Source of the DNA: Macrostomum lignano
Lineage: Eukaryota
NCBI GenBank assembly: GCA_002269645.1
Contig: NIVC01002797.1
Location: forward strand, 1 to 64,000
Direction: 5' to 3'
Length of the DNA: 64,000 nucleotides
The position numbers and the translations under genes are program-made. Each line of letters starts with the position of its first letter. Within the stretch, counting starts at the first letter, position 1. Positions 63,465 through 64,000 of this stretch are shown here, piece after piece. The notes under the pieces are model-generated. The model was not told where the DNA came from, did no database searches, and saw only the letters and a list, made by a program, of their open reading frames with translations.

Positions 63465-63659
63465 GTGAGTGAGGAATGCGATTCTATGCAAATGACTGAT
63501 GTAGATAATTAGGTAAATAGTATACGAAGATTAATTAGTCTGTTTAGGTTTTGTTACGAGTTGAGGTGGCTACGTGAGGTAGGCTATGTGAGGTAGGCTA
63601 GGTGGGGTAGTGTATGTGCGATGGACTAATGGTGGAGGTGGGGTGGCCTGAAGGTAGGT

Positions 63660-64000
63660 GGGCTGAAGATGAGGTGAGCTGAAATTGCAGTGAGCTGAAG
63701 GTGGGTGGTCTGAAAGTGCAGTGAGCTGAAGGTGCGGTGAGCTGAAGGTGGGTGGTCTGAAAGTGCAGTAAGCTGAAGGTGCGGTGAGCTGAAGGTGCGG
63801 TGAGCTGAAGGTGCGGTGAGCTGAAGGTGCGGTGAGGTGAAGGTGCGGTGAGCTGAAGGTGCGGTGAGGTGAAGGTGCGGTGAGCTGAAGGTGCGGTGAG
63901 CTGAAGGTGCGGTGAGCTGAAGGTGCGGTGAGCTGAAGGTGCGGTGAGCTGAAGGTGCGGTGAGGTGAAGGTGCGGTGAGCTGAAGGTGCTGTGAGCTGA
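63660..64000. repeat. 16-bp intronic minisatellite (GAGCTGAAGGTGCGGT)
   Basis: Tandem repeat running off the end of the window. Confidence 0.95.

Overview
Eukaryotic (metazoan) genomic DNA. GC-rich exons, minisatellite-filled introns, very short introns and TTAGGG repeats suggest a free-living flatworm such as Macrostomum (inference only). Host genes are the 3' part of ARFGEF3/BIG3 (+, 7 exons, 469-20147), a complete 5-exon JNK (-, 25740-22893, about 385 aa, convergent with BIG3) and the first coding exon of a CLCA-like gene (+, 63294-63464). The 13.7-kb fourth visible intron of BIG3 holds a stack of transposons. The most striking is a 6.8-kb CACTA/EnSpm (CMC) element (4588-11407) with perfect 14-bp TIRs, a TA duplication and subterminal repeats. 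It carries an F-box/leucine-rich-repeat coding region running, apparently in frame, into the transposase, followed by a second ORF. From about 31.65 to 60.5 kb the sequence is a head-to-tail array of non-autonomous Helitron-like elements (5' TC, 3' hairpin + CTAG) carrying tRNA-like heads, several satellites and TTAGGG tracts. Also present: a P-family transposase remnant, two LINE RT fragments, a MULE-type MITE, a deleted Merlin element and a tRNA-SINE. Several apparent single-base deletions may be long-read assembly errors rather than biology. All family assignments come from recalled motifs; no database search was run.
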